Origin: an uncultured Spirochaetota bacterium | GTDB lineage: Bacteria; Spirochaetota; Spirochaetia; SZUA-6; Fen-1364 | Assembly (NCBI GenBank): GCA_963820525.1 | Contig: CAWGAA010000001.1 | Coordinates: forward strand, 1,568,001-1,632,000 | Direction of reading: 5' to 3' | Length of the DNA stretch: 64,000 bases | In this document: piece by piece, positions 9,084 to 17,601 of the stretch | How the letters are laid out: each line of letters begins with the position of its first letter | Position numbering within the stretch: the stretch's first letter is position 1 | The notes under the pieces: generated by a model | Told to the model about the DNA's origin: nothing | Database searches by the model: none | Seen by the model: the letters and a program-made list of their open reading frames with translations, nothing else | Made by a program: the position numbers and the translations under genes

Positions 9084-10287
9084 ACGCCACTCCCCTCCGC
9101 AGAGCTCGGCTCTGCAGGATCGTGAGGCCGGCCACGATGACGAAGAGGAACAGGGACTGCGCCGAGGCGTAGCCCAGGTTTGCCTTCCTGAAAAACGTGA
9201 AGAAGATCTCGACGCTTATCGGGTCGGTGGTCCCCAGGGCCGCCGGGGTGCGCAGGACGAAGAGGTGGGTGAATGCCTTGAACGTGCCGATCACCCCGAG
9301 GAGCGTGAGGAAATAGGTTGTGGGAGAGAGCAGCGGGACCGTAATGGAGAAGAACCTCCGCACGGGGCCCGCCCCGTCGACCTCGGCCGCCTCGTAGAGC
9401 TGACGGGGGATGTTGGCCAGGCCGTTGATGTAGATCAGGGCGTAGTAGCCGGCGAAGACCCACCAGCTGTACGCCATGACGGCCGCCAGGGCCAGGCTCG
9501 GCCCCTGTCCCCACTGCATCCAGTATGCGGCAACGACGCCGCTCGATGCTCCCGCCTGGGGGAAAGCGCCCAGGATGAGGGAAAAGATCCCGCGGGGCTC
9601 CTGGAGCCACTGCAGGGGCGCTCCGCCGAAGATCCGCAAGATCTGGTTTGCCAAGGAATCGGGCCGCAGGGAGAAGAGCAGCTCGAACACCGCCGCCGTC
9701 GCCACGGTTGGCGCGATATAGGGCAGCAGATACGCCACCCGGAAGGCCTGTTTTCCCCAGACCTTTCGCATGAGAAACGAGGCGAGAAGGAGGCCCGCCG
9801 CAAGCTGGATGGGAACCGTGCCAAGGCAGTACCAGACAGTGACGCGAAGCGAGTCGTACACCTCCGTATCTCCCCGGGATGCGAGAGAGGGGAGAAAGAG
9901 GATGAGCCCCGCGAGGGAGGCCGCCATCAGCAGAAGCCCGCAGGCCAGGAACAGAGGCCCCCCACGGCGGTTGCGCCTGCGCAGGCACATTGCCGACAAG
10001 ACGAACCCCGCAATGGAGGCCGCCACGAGGAGCAAGCACTGGGCCGTATTGCCGAAGAGGGTCGCATAGTTGCCCCATCCGATGAAATCGCCTTTTCGAA
10101 GGCGCCAGCGGAAGAGGCTCACGTAGAGAGTGAAAAAAGCGGGGAAAATCCCGAAGACGCCGATGAGGACAGCCGCTGGAGCGATGAAGATATAGCCGGC
10201 CGCCGCGTCTCGCATGGCGCGGACCGACCGGCTTCGCCGCGTGAGACCGCCCGCCGCGAAACGCTCCTGTCGGGGAGGCTCCCTCAA
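9073..10287 (-). CDS. Carbohydrate ABC transporter permease (MalF/UgpA-like)
   Basis: EAA loop LYEAAEVDGAG, ITVPLLSP; TTG start overlaps the upstream stop (TTGA); a later ATG start is possible. Confidence 0.88.
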   Translation of the reverse strand: MREPPRQERFAAGGLTRRSRSVRAMRDAAAGYIFIAPAAVLIGVFGIFPAFFTLYVSLFRWRLRKGDFIGWGNYATLFGNTAQCLLLVAASIAGFVLSAMCLRRRNRRGGPLFLACGLLLMAASLAGLILFLPSLASRGDTEVYDSLRVTVWYCLGTVPIQLAAGLLLASFLMRKVWGKQAFRVAYLLPYIAPTVATAAVFELLFSLRPDSLANQILRIFGGAPLQWLQEPRGIFSLILGAFPQAGASSGVVAAYWMQWGQGPSLALAAVMAYSWWVFAGYYALIYINGLANIPRQLYEAAEVDGAGPVRRFFSITVPLLSPTTYFLTLLGVIGTFKAFTHLFVLRTPAALGTTDPISVEIFFTFFRKANLGYASAQSLFLFVIVAGLTILQSRALRRGVAYGD

Positions 10288-11189
10288 CCCTGCTTCCTCT
10301 TCTTTTTCACGCCCTTGCCGCTCTTCGCGGATTTCACCCGCGCGGGGCGGGAACCGTCCCGCTTCTCCTTCTCAAGCTGTTCGATCTGGTTCTGGAGGCG
10401 CAGGGTCTGCCTGCTGAAGGAGCTCAGGAGGCGTTTCACCTCGGCGCTGTCGGGCTCCGCCCGCTTGCCGTTTCGCTCTTCCAACAGGTAGTGGGAGTAC
10501 GTGCCGAAATCGTAGTCCTCCGTGTTGTACGCCTTGCCCGTGAAGAGATAGAGAAACCCGCTCTTCACCTGCTTTCGAACGAGGTTGGAGACCCCTTCGG
10601 CCTTGTAGCGTCGCACGGAGTGGTAGACGTAGACGTTCGTGTAGACGCGGAAGCGGCCGATGAAGGACGCCCGGTTGATGTAGTCGAAGTCCTCGGACAC
10701 CCTCTGTTTCTCGGAGAATCCGCCGATCCTCTGGTGAAGCCTCCTGGTGACGAGGATGCAGAGGCCCAGCCCCTGCGGCTGGATGGATTCCATCAGCTTG
10801 AAGAAGGTGTTGCTGAACTGGAAGATCGTGGAGTAGATCGGTTTCGTCCCGTCGATGGGCTTGATCCACGGGATGCAGATATCGACGAAGTCCTTACCGA
10901 AGCGGGCGAGGATCTTCGAGATGAATCCCTCGGGGAGCAGCGTGTCGGCGTCGAGAAACAGGATGATATCTCCGCGGGCCACCTCGGCTCCCCGGTTTCG
11001 TCCCGCGCCGGGAATCCCCCCCGTGACCACCCGCGCCCCGTGCTGCCGGGCGATCGCGGCCGTTCTATCGACGGAGTTGTTGTCCGCCACGATGATTTCG
11101 CAGTCCGTGTAGTCCTGCGCCTTGATGCTGGCGAGGAGGCGCGGCAGGAACGCCTCCTCATTGAATGCCGGGATGACGATGCTCAACAT
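10284..11189 (-). CDS. Glycosyltransferase family 2 with a basic C-terminal tail
   Basis: SIVIPAFNEE, IIVADNNSVD, GRNRGA, FLDAD (DxD), SED motif. Confidence 0.9.
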   Translation of the reverse strand: MLSIVIPAFNEEAFLPRLLASIKAQDYTDCEIIVADNNSVDRTAAIARQHGARVVTGGIPGAGRNRGAEVARGDIILFLDADTLLPEGFISKILARFGKDFVDICIPWIKPIDGTKPIYSTIFQFSNTFFKLMESIQPQGLGLCILVTRRLHQRIGGFSEKQRVSEDFDYINRASFIGRFRVYTNVYVYHSVRRYKAEGVSNLVRKQVKSGFLYLFTGKAYNTEDYDFGTYSHYLLEERNGKRAEPDSAEVKRLLSSFSRQTLRLQNQIEQLEKEKRDGSRPARVKSAKSGKGVKKKRKQG

Positions 11190-11195
11190 GATCTC

Positions 11196-11224
11196 TGGAC
11201 AAATCCTTTCATTTTCTGTAGATT
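11196..11224 (+). promoter_or_regulatory. Putative promoter of tRNA-Cys
   Basis: TGGACA-17-TAGATT about 17 nt upstream of the tRNA. Confidence 0.45.
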
Positions 11225-11241
11225 CACGTCAAATATAGCTA

Positions 11242-11313
11242 GGCGCCGTACCCAAGGGGTAAGGGAGAGGTCTGCAAAACCTTTATGCATCGGTTCGAAT
11301 CCGATCGGCGCCT
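11242..11313 (+). tRNA. tRNA-Cys (GCA); CCA not encoded
   Basis: Acceptor stem GGCGCCG/CGGCGCC, D-arm CCC...GGG, anticodon arm GAGGT-CTGCAAA-ACCTT, T-arm ATCGG-TTCGAAT-CCGAT, U discriminator. Confidence 0.96.
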
Positions 11314-12314
11314 CTGTGGCGGACCTTCACGATCCGCCAGAGAAAAATGTTGAGAATTCCCAAAAGCACCATCGTCATCTGACCAATGCGCAGGATGATC
11401 GTATAGACAAGGCTCCGCGTTGAGCCGATGCCCAGGACATTGAAGATGAAAAGGTGCGTTCCCTCCATCCCCCCGAGGTTTCCCGGGAGCAGCCCGATGA
11501 GCCCCTGGATGACCACCGTGGAAAAGATGACAAAGGAACGGGCCAGGTCGAAGTAGCCGAGAACGGAGAGGATGTAGTAGGTCTGGAAAACCTCCACGAC
11601 GGCGACGGCGGTTCCGATGAGCATGGCGAAATAGAAGATCTTTTTCCTGTCGATGAGGGCGTGCAGATCGAGGGCGAACTCGCGCAGAGACCGGAGGATC
11701 CGGATGGCCAGCCGCGGATTGACGCGCGCCAGGGGACGGAGCAGCCCCTTGAAGAACCGCACGATGAACATGCCGCCGCTGAACAGCTTCGCGATGAGGA
11801 AGAGGAAAAGCCCGATGAAGCCGAGGAGGAGCGCGCCGGCCACCACGATCAATGTCGTGCTGGGGTGGGCCAGGAAGACGAGGTAGGAGAAGCCGATGAT
11901 GATGCACGGGAGCTTGGAGGCGATCTCGATGTACTTGTCCAGCGCGATGGAGGCGTAGACCTTCTGATAGCTCATCCGCTCGTCCTTGTAAAGGCTCGCC
12001 CGCACCGGCTCTCCCCCGAAGTACATGGAGGGAGTGAGGTAGGTGAGGGCAAAACCGCTCGTTCGCGCCCAGAAGATCCGCCAAGGTCCTCGCGAGATGC
12101 CGGCCTCGCGCAGGATCAGGTTCCACTGGAAGGTCTGAAGCACCAGGATGCCGAGCTGGAAGACGAGGATCCCCAGCACCACCCGGACGGTTATGAGGGT
12201 GATGTATTCACGAAGGCGGGCGAAGTCGAGCACCTTGATGAAAAGAAAGACCAGGAGGCCGAGAAGGATGAGCTCGATTGCGATTTTCAGCGGCCGTGAG
12301 ACCTTCACTTTCAT
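11283..12314 (-). CDS. Lysylphosphatidylglycerol-synthase TM region / flippase-like membrane protein (UPF0104)
   Basis: About 8 hydrophobic segments, YLTPSMYFGGEPVR and LPGNLGGME motifs. Confidence 0.8.
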   Translation of the reverse strand: MKVKVSRPLKIAIELILLGLLVFLFIKVLDFARLREYITLITVRVVLGILVFQLGILVLQTFQWNLILREAGISRGPWRIFWARTSGFALTYLTPSMYFGGEPVRASLYKDERMSYQKVYASIALDKYIEIASKLPCIIIGFSYLVFLAHPSTTLIVVAGALLLGFIGLFLFLIAKLFSGGMFIVRFFKGLLRPLARVNPRLAIRILRSLREFALDLHALIDRKKIFYFAMLIGTAVAVVEVFQTYYILSVLGYFDLARSFVIFSTVVIQGLIGLLPGNLGGMEGTHLFIFNVLGIGSTRSLVYTIILRIGQMTMVLLGILNIFLWRIVKVRHRGADRIRTDA

Positions 12315-12320
12315 ACGGCT

Positions 12321-12884
12321 TCAGCCTTTATGGAGAGTATACCAAAGCAGGCCCACCATGACGAGGGAATTGACGTATTCGCCGGTGCCCAGCGAGCGGG
12401 AGAGCTCGCCGGCCGGCACCTCCAGAACGTCGAGGACCTCCAGGTGGTCGAGGCTCTTCCTGCCGGTGGCCGAGAGCTCCTCGGCGAGGAAGGTATAGCA
12501 CCAGTTGTCCATGAAAGCGGGATTGGGGCTCACCTTTCCCAGAAGGGTCATCCTCCCCGCCTTCATCCCCGTCTCCTCCTCGAGCTCACGTTCGGCGGCG
12601 GCCAGAGGGGTCTCTCCCGGGTTGACGAGGCCGGCGGGAAACTCGGTTGTCACCGCCTTGGCGCCATGCCGGTACTGGCGAACCATGAGGAAACGGTCCT
12701 CCCCGCCGTCGCCGCGCACGACGGCCAGCACATTGACCCAATCGGGGGCGCTCAAGAGGTAGAAATCCCCGCTCCTGCCGTCCGCGGCCGTGCCGTGGGA
12801 GAGGAGCAGATCGAAGATGGTGCATGAGAAGAGCTTGCGACGGTACCGCTCGACCCAGCGCAGGTGATCGGAATCCCGGTGCAT
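12321..12884 (-). CDS. NUDIX hydrolase (ADP-ribose pyrophosphatase-like)
   Basis: VRQYRHG, Nudix box PAGLVNPGETPLAAAERELEEETG, SPNP. Confidence 0.9.
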   Translation of the reverse strand: MHRDSDHLRWVERYRRKLFSCTIFDLLLSHGTAADGRSGDFYLLSAPDWVNVLAVVRGDGGEDRFLMVRQYRHGAKAVTTEFPAGLVNPGETPLAAAERELEEETGMKAGRMTLLGKVSPNPAFMDNWCYTFLAEELSATGRKSLDHLEVLDVLEVPAGELSRSLGTGEYVNSLVMVGLLWYTLHKG

Positions 12885-12955
12885 ACGGACAGGCACTATA
12901 GCAGAGTCGGCATGCTCTGCCTACAGTGTTCGTTTTCGCTTCGGTGAGCTTCACA

Positions 12956-12984
12956 TTGACAACAGCAAAACCGATCCATATACT
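12956..12984 (+). promoter_or_regulatory. Near-consensus sigma70 promoter of the first Crp-like gene
   Basis: TTGACA-17-TATACT. Confidence 0.75.
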
Positions 12985-13048
12985 GGGGCTATGGTAAACC
13001 CCCCCGCCGGGGTTCCATGCCCCTATACCACGATGCCTGGTAAAAGGA

Positions 13049-14281
13049 ATGGCTAACCCGCTCCAATTGTCGATCGTCAACTTCAACAAGAACTCCTACA
13101 TCATCGTGGAGGGAAAACAGAAGGCGGACTATTTCTTTATCCTGCGAAGCGGAAAGGTCAGGATCAGCAAGGAAGTGGAGGTTGTCGAGGAGGAGGGGGG
13201 AAACATCCTGGCCCCCGGCGATTTCTTCGGCGTCATCTCCACCATGTCGTCGCACAGCCACATCGAGACGGCGCTCGCCCTCACCGACGTTTCGCTGATC
13301 TCCGTCCACCGCGAGCAGTACGGCCTCTTGATAGAGAAAAACGCACCGGTGGCCATGAAGATAATCCAGAGCTTCTCGCGCAAGATGCGCTTTCTCGACG
13401 AGGCGCTCACCCGCCTTACGTTCAAGAACACGGCGAGCGGAGATCCGTCCCACCTGTTCAAGGTGGCCGAGTACTACGCCCGCCAGAGCCAGTACAACCA
13501 GGCCTACTACGCCTATTCCAAGTTCCTCCAGTTCTGCCCCAACGATTCCAACGCGGACAAGGCGAGGGAGAGGATGGCCAAGATCCACCCCTACGCCAAG
13601 GCGGTGTACCTGGACAAGATCCCCGACGATTTCACACGCTCCTACCCCAAGAACACCATGGTCTTCAGCGAAAACGAGCCCGGCACGGAGCTGTACATCA
13701 TCCAGAGGGGAGTCGTCAAGATCACGAAGATCGTGGAGGACAACGAAGTGCTCCTGGCCATGCTCAAGCCCGGGGACATCTTCGGGGAGATGGCGCTTCT
13801 GGAAAACAAGCCGCGCTCGGCTTCAGCCATAGCCAATGAGGACTGCACCCTCATGGCGGTGAACAAGGCGAACTTCGAGCGGATGGTCCAGACCCAGCCC
13901 CAGCTCATCACCAAGCTCACCATCCTGCTGGCGGAGCGGATCTGGTTCATCTACAAGCAGCTGGCCAACACCCTGATCGCTGATCCGCTGGGCAGGCTCT
14001 ACGATGCCCTCCATCTCCAGCTGGAGAAGAGCCGGGTCCCGGTGGTATCCGGAGGAAAATACACCTTCCAGTTCGGTCCCAAGGAGCTTCTCAACATGGT
14101 CGGGCTGTCGAGCGAGAAGGGGAACCCCTTCATCAGAAAGATGTTCGAGAACAAGAAGATGAGCCTCACGGACAACAAGATCGCAACGCTGGACGTGGAA
14201 GAGATCCAGAAGCAGTCCGAATATTACAAAAAAATGGAGAAGATCGAGCGAGCCCGCCGCAAGGCGGCCGCCATGCACTAG
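13049..14281 (+). CDS. Crp/Fnr-like protein: cNMP domain, TPR-like segment, second cNMP domain, putative wHTH
   Basis: FILRSGKVRI and YIIQRGVVKI cNMP starts; FGEMALLENKPRSASA cassette; TPR-like AEYYARQSQYNQAYYAY. Confidence 0.85.
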   Translation: MANPLQLSIVNFNKNSYIIVEGKQKADYFFILRSGKVRISKEVEVVEEEGGNILAPGDFFGVISTMSSHSHIETALALTDVSLISVHREQYGLLIEKNAPVAMKIIQSFSRKMRFLDEALTRLTFKNTASGDPSHLFKVAEYYARQSQYNQAYYAYSKFLQFCPNDSNADKARERMAKIHPYAKAVYLDKIPDDFTRSYPKNTMVFSENEPGTELYIIQRGVVKITKIVEDNEVLLAMLKPGDIFGEMALLENKPRSASAIANEDCTLMAVNKANFERMVQTQPQLITKLTILLAERIWFIYKQLANTLIADPLGRLYDALHLQLEKSRVPVVSGGKYTFQFGPKELLNMVGLSSEKGNPFIRKMFENKKMSLTDNKIATLDVEEIQKQSEYYKKMEKIERARRKAAAMH

Positions 14282-14302
14282 CGGGCTCGGCCCCGCAATC
14301 CG

Positions 14303-16018
14303 CTAATACGTGCCCGGTACTTCGGTGAGATCCTCGAACGCGGCCTTGTAATCGGCAATCCCTCCCGTCGCCTCTTCATCTATGGAGAGCAGGTAGGGGA
14401 GGCTCCTGTTGCGCTTCGGTTTGGAATCCGGGTTCATCTGGTTGACCGTCTCCAACCCCTTTGAAAAGGTAATGTGGGAATTATCGAGGCCCCCGAAATA
14501 GAAGGATTTCGGGTCGAGGTTTGAGTCGGCGGGCAGCGGGGAGAGAGTTTTTGACGCGGCGAGAAGGGGATCCACCGGGATCCATCCCAGGGTATCGATA
14601 TAAAACTCGCCCCAGAAGTGCCTGGCCGGGGTCTGGTCGGAGCGCACGAGGTATCCGGAGACCATGCGCGCCGGAATGCCGGCTGCCCGAAGGAGGGTGC
14701 ACGTGACCGCGGCAAACCCGAACGCATCGCCGCGCTTCGATTTGATGACGGCCACCGGGTCGGCGTCCGAGGAAGCGGAATAGGCGAGCTGGGAGACGAC
14801 GAAGTCGTAGATGCGTTTCGCCTTCAGGTAAGGATTCTTCTCGCCCTGGAGAATCGTCGACACGGTCTTTTTGATCTCGGAGCTGTCTGAGGGAATGTCG
14901 GAGTCCGGCTGGGTGAAGTGCGCATAGAGCTCCGACGCGGTATCGTAGGCAAGCGGCACCTTGCCGGGATTCACCTGGGTCTCCACGGCATAGCGGTCGA
15001 AGGAATAGCTCAAACCGATCGTGTACTTTCCGCCCTTCTGAATGTTGGACAGCGCGAAGAGGGCCGCTCCGTTGTGGTCCTCCAGGAGGGGCTCCGGCTC
15101 CTGGGAAACGAGCTGCACCTTCCGCTGCTCCGAGGTCAGAATGACCCGGGGCATCCACAGGTACAGGCAGTTGCCCCCCGAGGCGCCCACATCCTTCACC
15201 GACAGGCCGTAGCGCACCGTGTACTTGCGCGGATTGGAGAAGTTCTTCATGCCCGCCCCGCCCAGCACCTCGAAGTAGGCGGAGTTGCTCCTGCCTTTGT
15301 CGGAGGTGACCATGATGTTGCCCGAGGCGGCGCCGTCCGGCACCTTGACGACGATCTCGATATCGGACCACGACAGGTAATCGAAATTGTAGTCCCTGGC
15401 CGGCACGAGGTTGGCGGGATCGAAGGTTCCGCCGGCGTCCGGTTGGGCGCTGCCCCCCCAGGTGAAGTACACCTCGGAGCTTCCCTTCTCCAGCCCGAAG
15501 TTCTTCCCCTTGATGGTTATCGTCTCTCCGACGTGCGCCGCCATGGGCTGGATCACGTCGATGGCGGGCTCTCCCGGCCTGGAGGGACCGGTCGCGGGCA
15601 CGGGGATCTGCGCGCTGTTGGTAAAAAGGATCCCCTTGCTTCTGCCGTTCTTGGTGATGACGTAGACGAGCCCGGAGCCCGCCTCATCGGGAATGACCAC
15701 GCTGATCGTCGTATCGGTCCACTCGATGTACTCCCCCGAGGTGGGGGAGATTCCCGAGATGCGCACTCCCCCGCCCCGCTCCCGCCCGAAGTACCTGCCC
15801 GTGATGATCATCACGTCTCCGGGCTTCCCGATCCGCGGGGTGATCTCGTCGATCTGGGGCGGCCGGCCGGCCAGCCGGGAGCTCAGGAGGACCAGAAAGA
15901 TGAGGCCGGCCACAACGATGGTGGGAATGAAGCCCTTGCTGTGGAGAATCCTCTGGTAGCGTTTCTGCGGCTTCTCGCCTTCGGAGCCGGCGTCCCGCAG
16001 CGTATCTTCCTGCGCCAT
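14303..16018 (-). CDS. Membrane-anchored protein with two IPT/TIG domains and a transglutaminase-like domain (catalytic Cys position is Ala)
   Basis: N-terminal TM; PQIDEITP...ITGRYFG and PAIDVIQP...IKGKNFG repeats; GDAFGFA...LLRAAGIPAR...HFWGEFY...WIPVDP. Confidence 0.8.
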   Translation of the reverse strand: MAQEDTLRDAGSEGEKPQKRYQRILHSKGFIPTIVVAGLIFLVLLSSRLAGRPPQIDEITPRIGKPGDVMIITGRYFGRERGGGVRISGISPTSGEYIEWTDTTISVVIPDEAGSGLVYVITKNGRSKGILFTNSAQIPVPATGPSRPGEPAIDVIQPMAAHVGETITIKGKNFGLEKGSSEVYFTWGGSAQPDAGGTFDPANLVPARDYNFDYLSWSDIEIVVKVPDGAASGNIMVTSDKGRSNSAYFEVLGGAGMKNFSNPRKYTVRYGLSVKDVGASGGNCLYLWMPRVILTSEQRKVQLVSQEPEPLLEDHNGAALFALSNIQKGGKYTIGLSYSFDRYAVETQVNPGKVPLAYDTASELYAHFTQPDSDIPSDSSEIKKTVSTILQGEKNPYLKAKRIYDFVVSQLAYSASSDADPVAVIKSKRGDAFGFAAVTCTLLRAAGIPARMVSGYLVRSDQTPARHFWGEFYIDTLGWIPVDPLLAASKTLSPLPADSNLDPKSFYFGGLDNSHITFSKGLETVNQMNPDSKPKRNRSLPYLLSIDEEATGGIADYKAAFEDLTEVPGTY

Positions 16019-16023
16019 CGCCT

Positions 16024-16527
16024 CTACTGTTTTTCCTTGTCCTTGTACGGGACGATCTGGATCTCCATCTCGATGTTGAAGAAGTCCTTCTGGCCGGCCA
16101 CGTCAGGCTGACCCAGGGGGAAGAACAGGACCTTTTCCCCGAAAGACACCGGGATGCTGTAGAAGGTGGAGAAGTACTTCACCTCCTTCTCGGGCGGCTC
16201 CGAGAACCAGACCTGGCCTTGAGCGACGAGCAGGATATCGCCGTTGTCCTGAACATAGGGAGTGCAGATGAGGTAGATACGGACATTGTCCCCATCCAGC
16301 CGGACTCTCACCGCCCTTCCGGGAATAGTGAGCTTGGAGCTCTCCACGTTCCACACGGGCTCGCGATCCGCGGGAAGCAGGCGGGCCGAGATGTTGATCT
16401 GCAGGGCATTGGAGAGCAGCTCCTGGAGAGCATCCTTGAGGTTCATCTCCTGGGTCTGAGCGTTGGCTTGAGCCAGGGACAGGGCAATGAGAGAAAGAGC
16501 GAAAAGAGATTTCTTCGGTGCTACCAT
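16024..16527 (-). CDS. Exported hypothetical protein
   Basis: Signal peptide MVAPKKSLFALSLIALSLAQANA; overlaps the anti-sigma stop; beta-rich mature part. Confidence 0.7.
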   Translation of the reverse strand: MVAPKKSLFALSLIALSLAQANAQTQEMNLKDALQELLSNALQINISARLLPADREPVWNVESSKLTIPGRAVRVRLDGDNVRIYLICTPYVQDNGDILLVAQGQVWFSEPPEKEVKYFSTFYSIPVSFGEKVLFFPLGQPDVAGQKDFFNIEMEIQIVPYKDKEKQ

Positions 16528-17078
16528 GTCTTCTTCCTGAGAAACTCGGCTTCCTTTCCCATGAGGGGCTCGCCGACGGGCATGAGATGGAATTTCTTGG
16601 GCAACGTGATCACGTCGTACTCGCTGGAACTTTGGGTATCTATGGACTTCAGGAGCGTTTCCAGGTTTCCCACGGGCGCGGCGATCTGGATTTCCGTGCC
16701 GCCCGCGGGCGCCTTCGTGATCCTCACCAGGCCAATGTTGGAGCGCAGGAGCGCAACGGTGAGGGAAACGGCCAGCAGGAGAACGAGAGTGGCGACGATG
16801 GCGGCGAGGGGAAGCGGCACCGAGAGGCTCCTCTTCCAGAAGGGGATCGCGAAGCGGTGTCGGCCGCTTTGAGCGAGGAGCCGCATGTGCACCCGTTCCA
16901 TGGGGGCGCGCCAATTCGGCGGATCCTCGGACAGGAGGATTCGGCGTCCCTCCTCCATCCTGCCCAGCGCGCGTCGGCAGTCTTCGCATCCCTCCATGTG
17001 CCGCTCGACGACGGCTGCCCAGGGAGCCTGGACCTCCCCGTCCAGGTAGGCGGAAAGAATCTGACGGTCAGGACACAT
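16521..17078 (-). CDS. Zinc-binding (ZAS, zf-HC2) transmembrane anti-sigma factor
   Basis: MCPDRQILSAYLDGE...HMEGCEDC (HxxxCxxC) followed by one TM; directly downstream of an ECF sigma. Confidence 0.85.
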   Translation of the reverse strand: MCPDRQILSAYLDGEVQAPWAAVVERHMEGCEDCRRALGRMEEGRRILLSEDPPNWRAPMERVHMRLLAQSGRHRFAIPFWKRSLSVPLPLAAIVATLVLLLAVSLTVALLRSNIGLVRITKAPAGGTEIQIAAPVGNLETLLKSIDTQSSSEYDVITLPKKFHLMPVGEPLMGKEAEFLRKKTW

Positions 17079-17601
17079 ACTGGTTACCCTCGGAAAACAG
17101 CTTCTCGAGCCTTTCTCTGGCCCGGAAGATACGCACCTTGACATTGCTTTCGCTGATGCCCAGAATCGCGCCGATCTCCTTGTAGCTGAGACCGGCGTAC
17201 TCGCGGAAAACCAGCGCAGCCCGCAGGTTGTAGGGCAGCGCGTCGAGGGCGCTCTGCACGCTGGAGCGGACTTCCTCGTCGATGAGCTTCTTCTCCCCGG
17301 ATTCGCTCACGCCCGTGGATAACTGCTTCAGCTTCGAATACGCCGCCTTCTCGCGCTTCTTCTTTTTCTCATAATTGAGAGAGAGGTTCTTCACCACACG
17401 AATCAGCCAATACTTCGATTGCTCCATGTCGGGGAGAGTGCTCGTCCGCTCCATCAGCTTGATAAACGCCTCATGGCACAGGTCTTCCGCGACTTCCTTT
17501 TCTCCGATTATCCGCAAAGAGACGCGGTATACAATAGGGAAGAGGTTCTGATAGACATCATCGAAGGAAGGCGAACGCGCATACTCCGTGCTACCCATCA
17601 T
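17068..17601 (-). CDS. ECF RNA polymerase sigma factor
   Basis: AEDLCHEAF, WLIRVVKN, LSYKEIGAILGISESNVKVRIFRARERL; ATG overlaps the cysS stop (TAATG). Confidence 0.92.
   Translation of the reverse strand: MMGSTEYARSPSFDDVYQNLFPIVYRVSLRIIGEKEVAEDLCHEAFIKLMERTSTLPDMEQSKYWLIRVVKNLSLNYEKKKKREKAAYSKLKQLSTGVSESGEKKLIDEEVRSSVQSALDALPYNLRAALVFREYAGLSYKEIGAILGISESNVKVRIFRARERLEKLFSEGNQYVS

Noticed and set aside
11242..11313. tRNA-anchored genomic island
   Set aside because: No integrase seen and no duplicated tRNA 3' end noticed in the window
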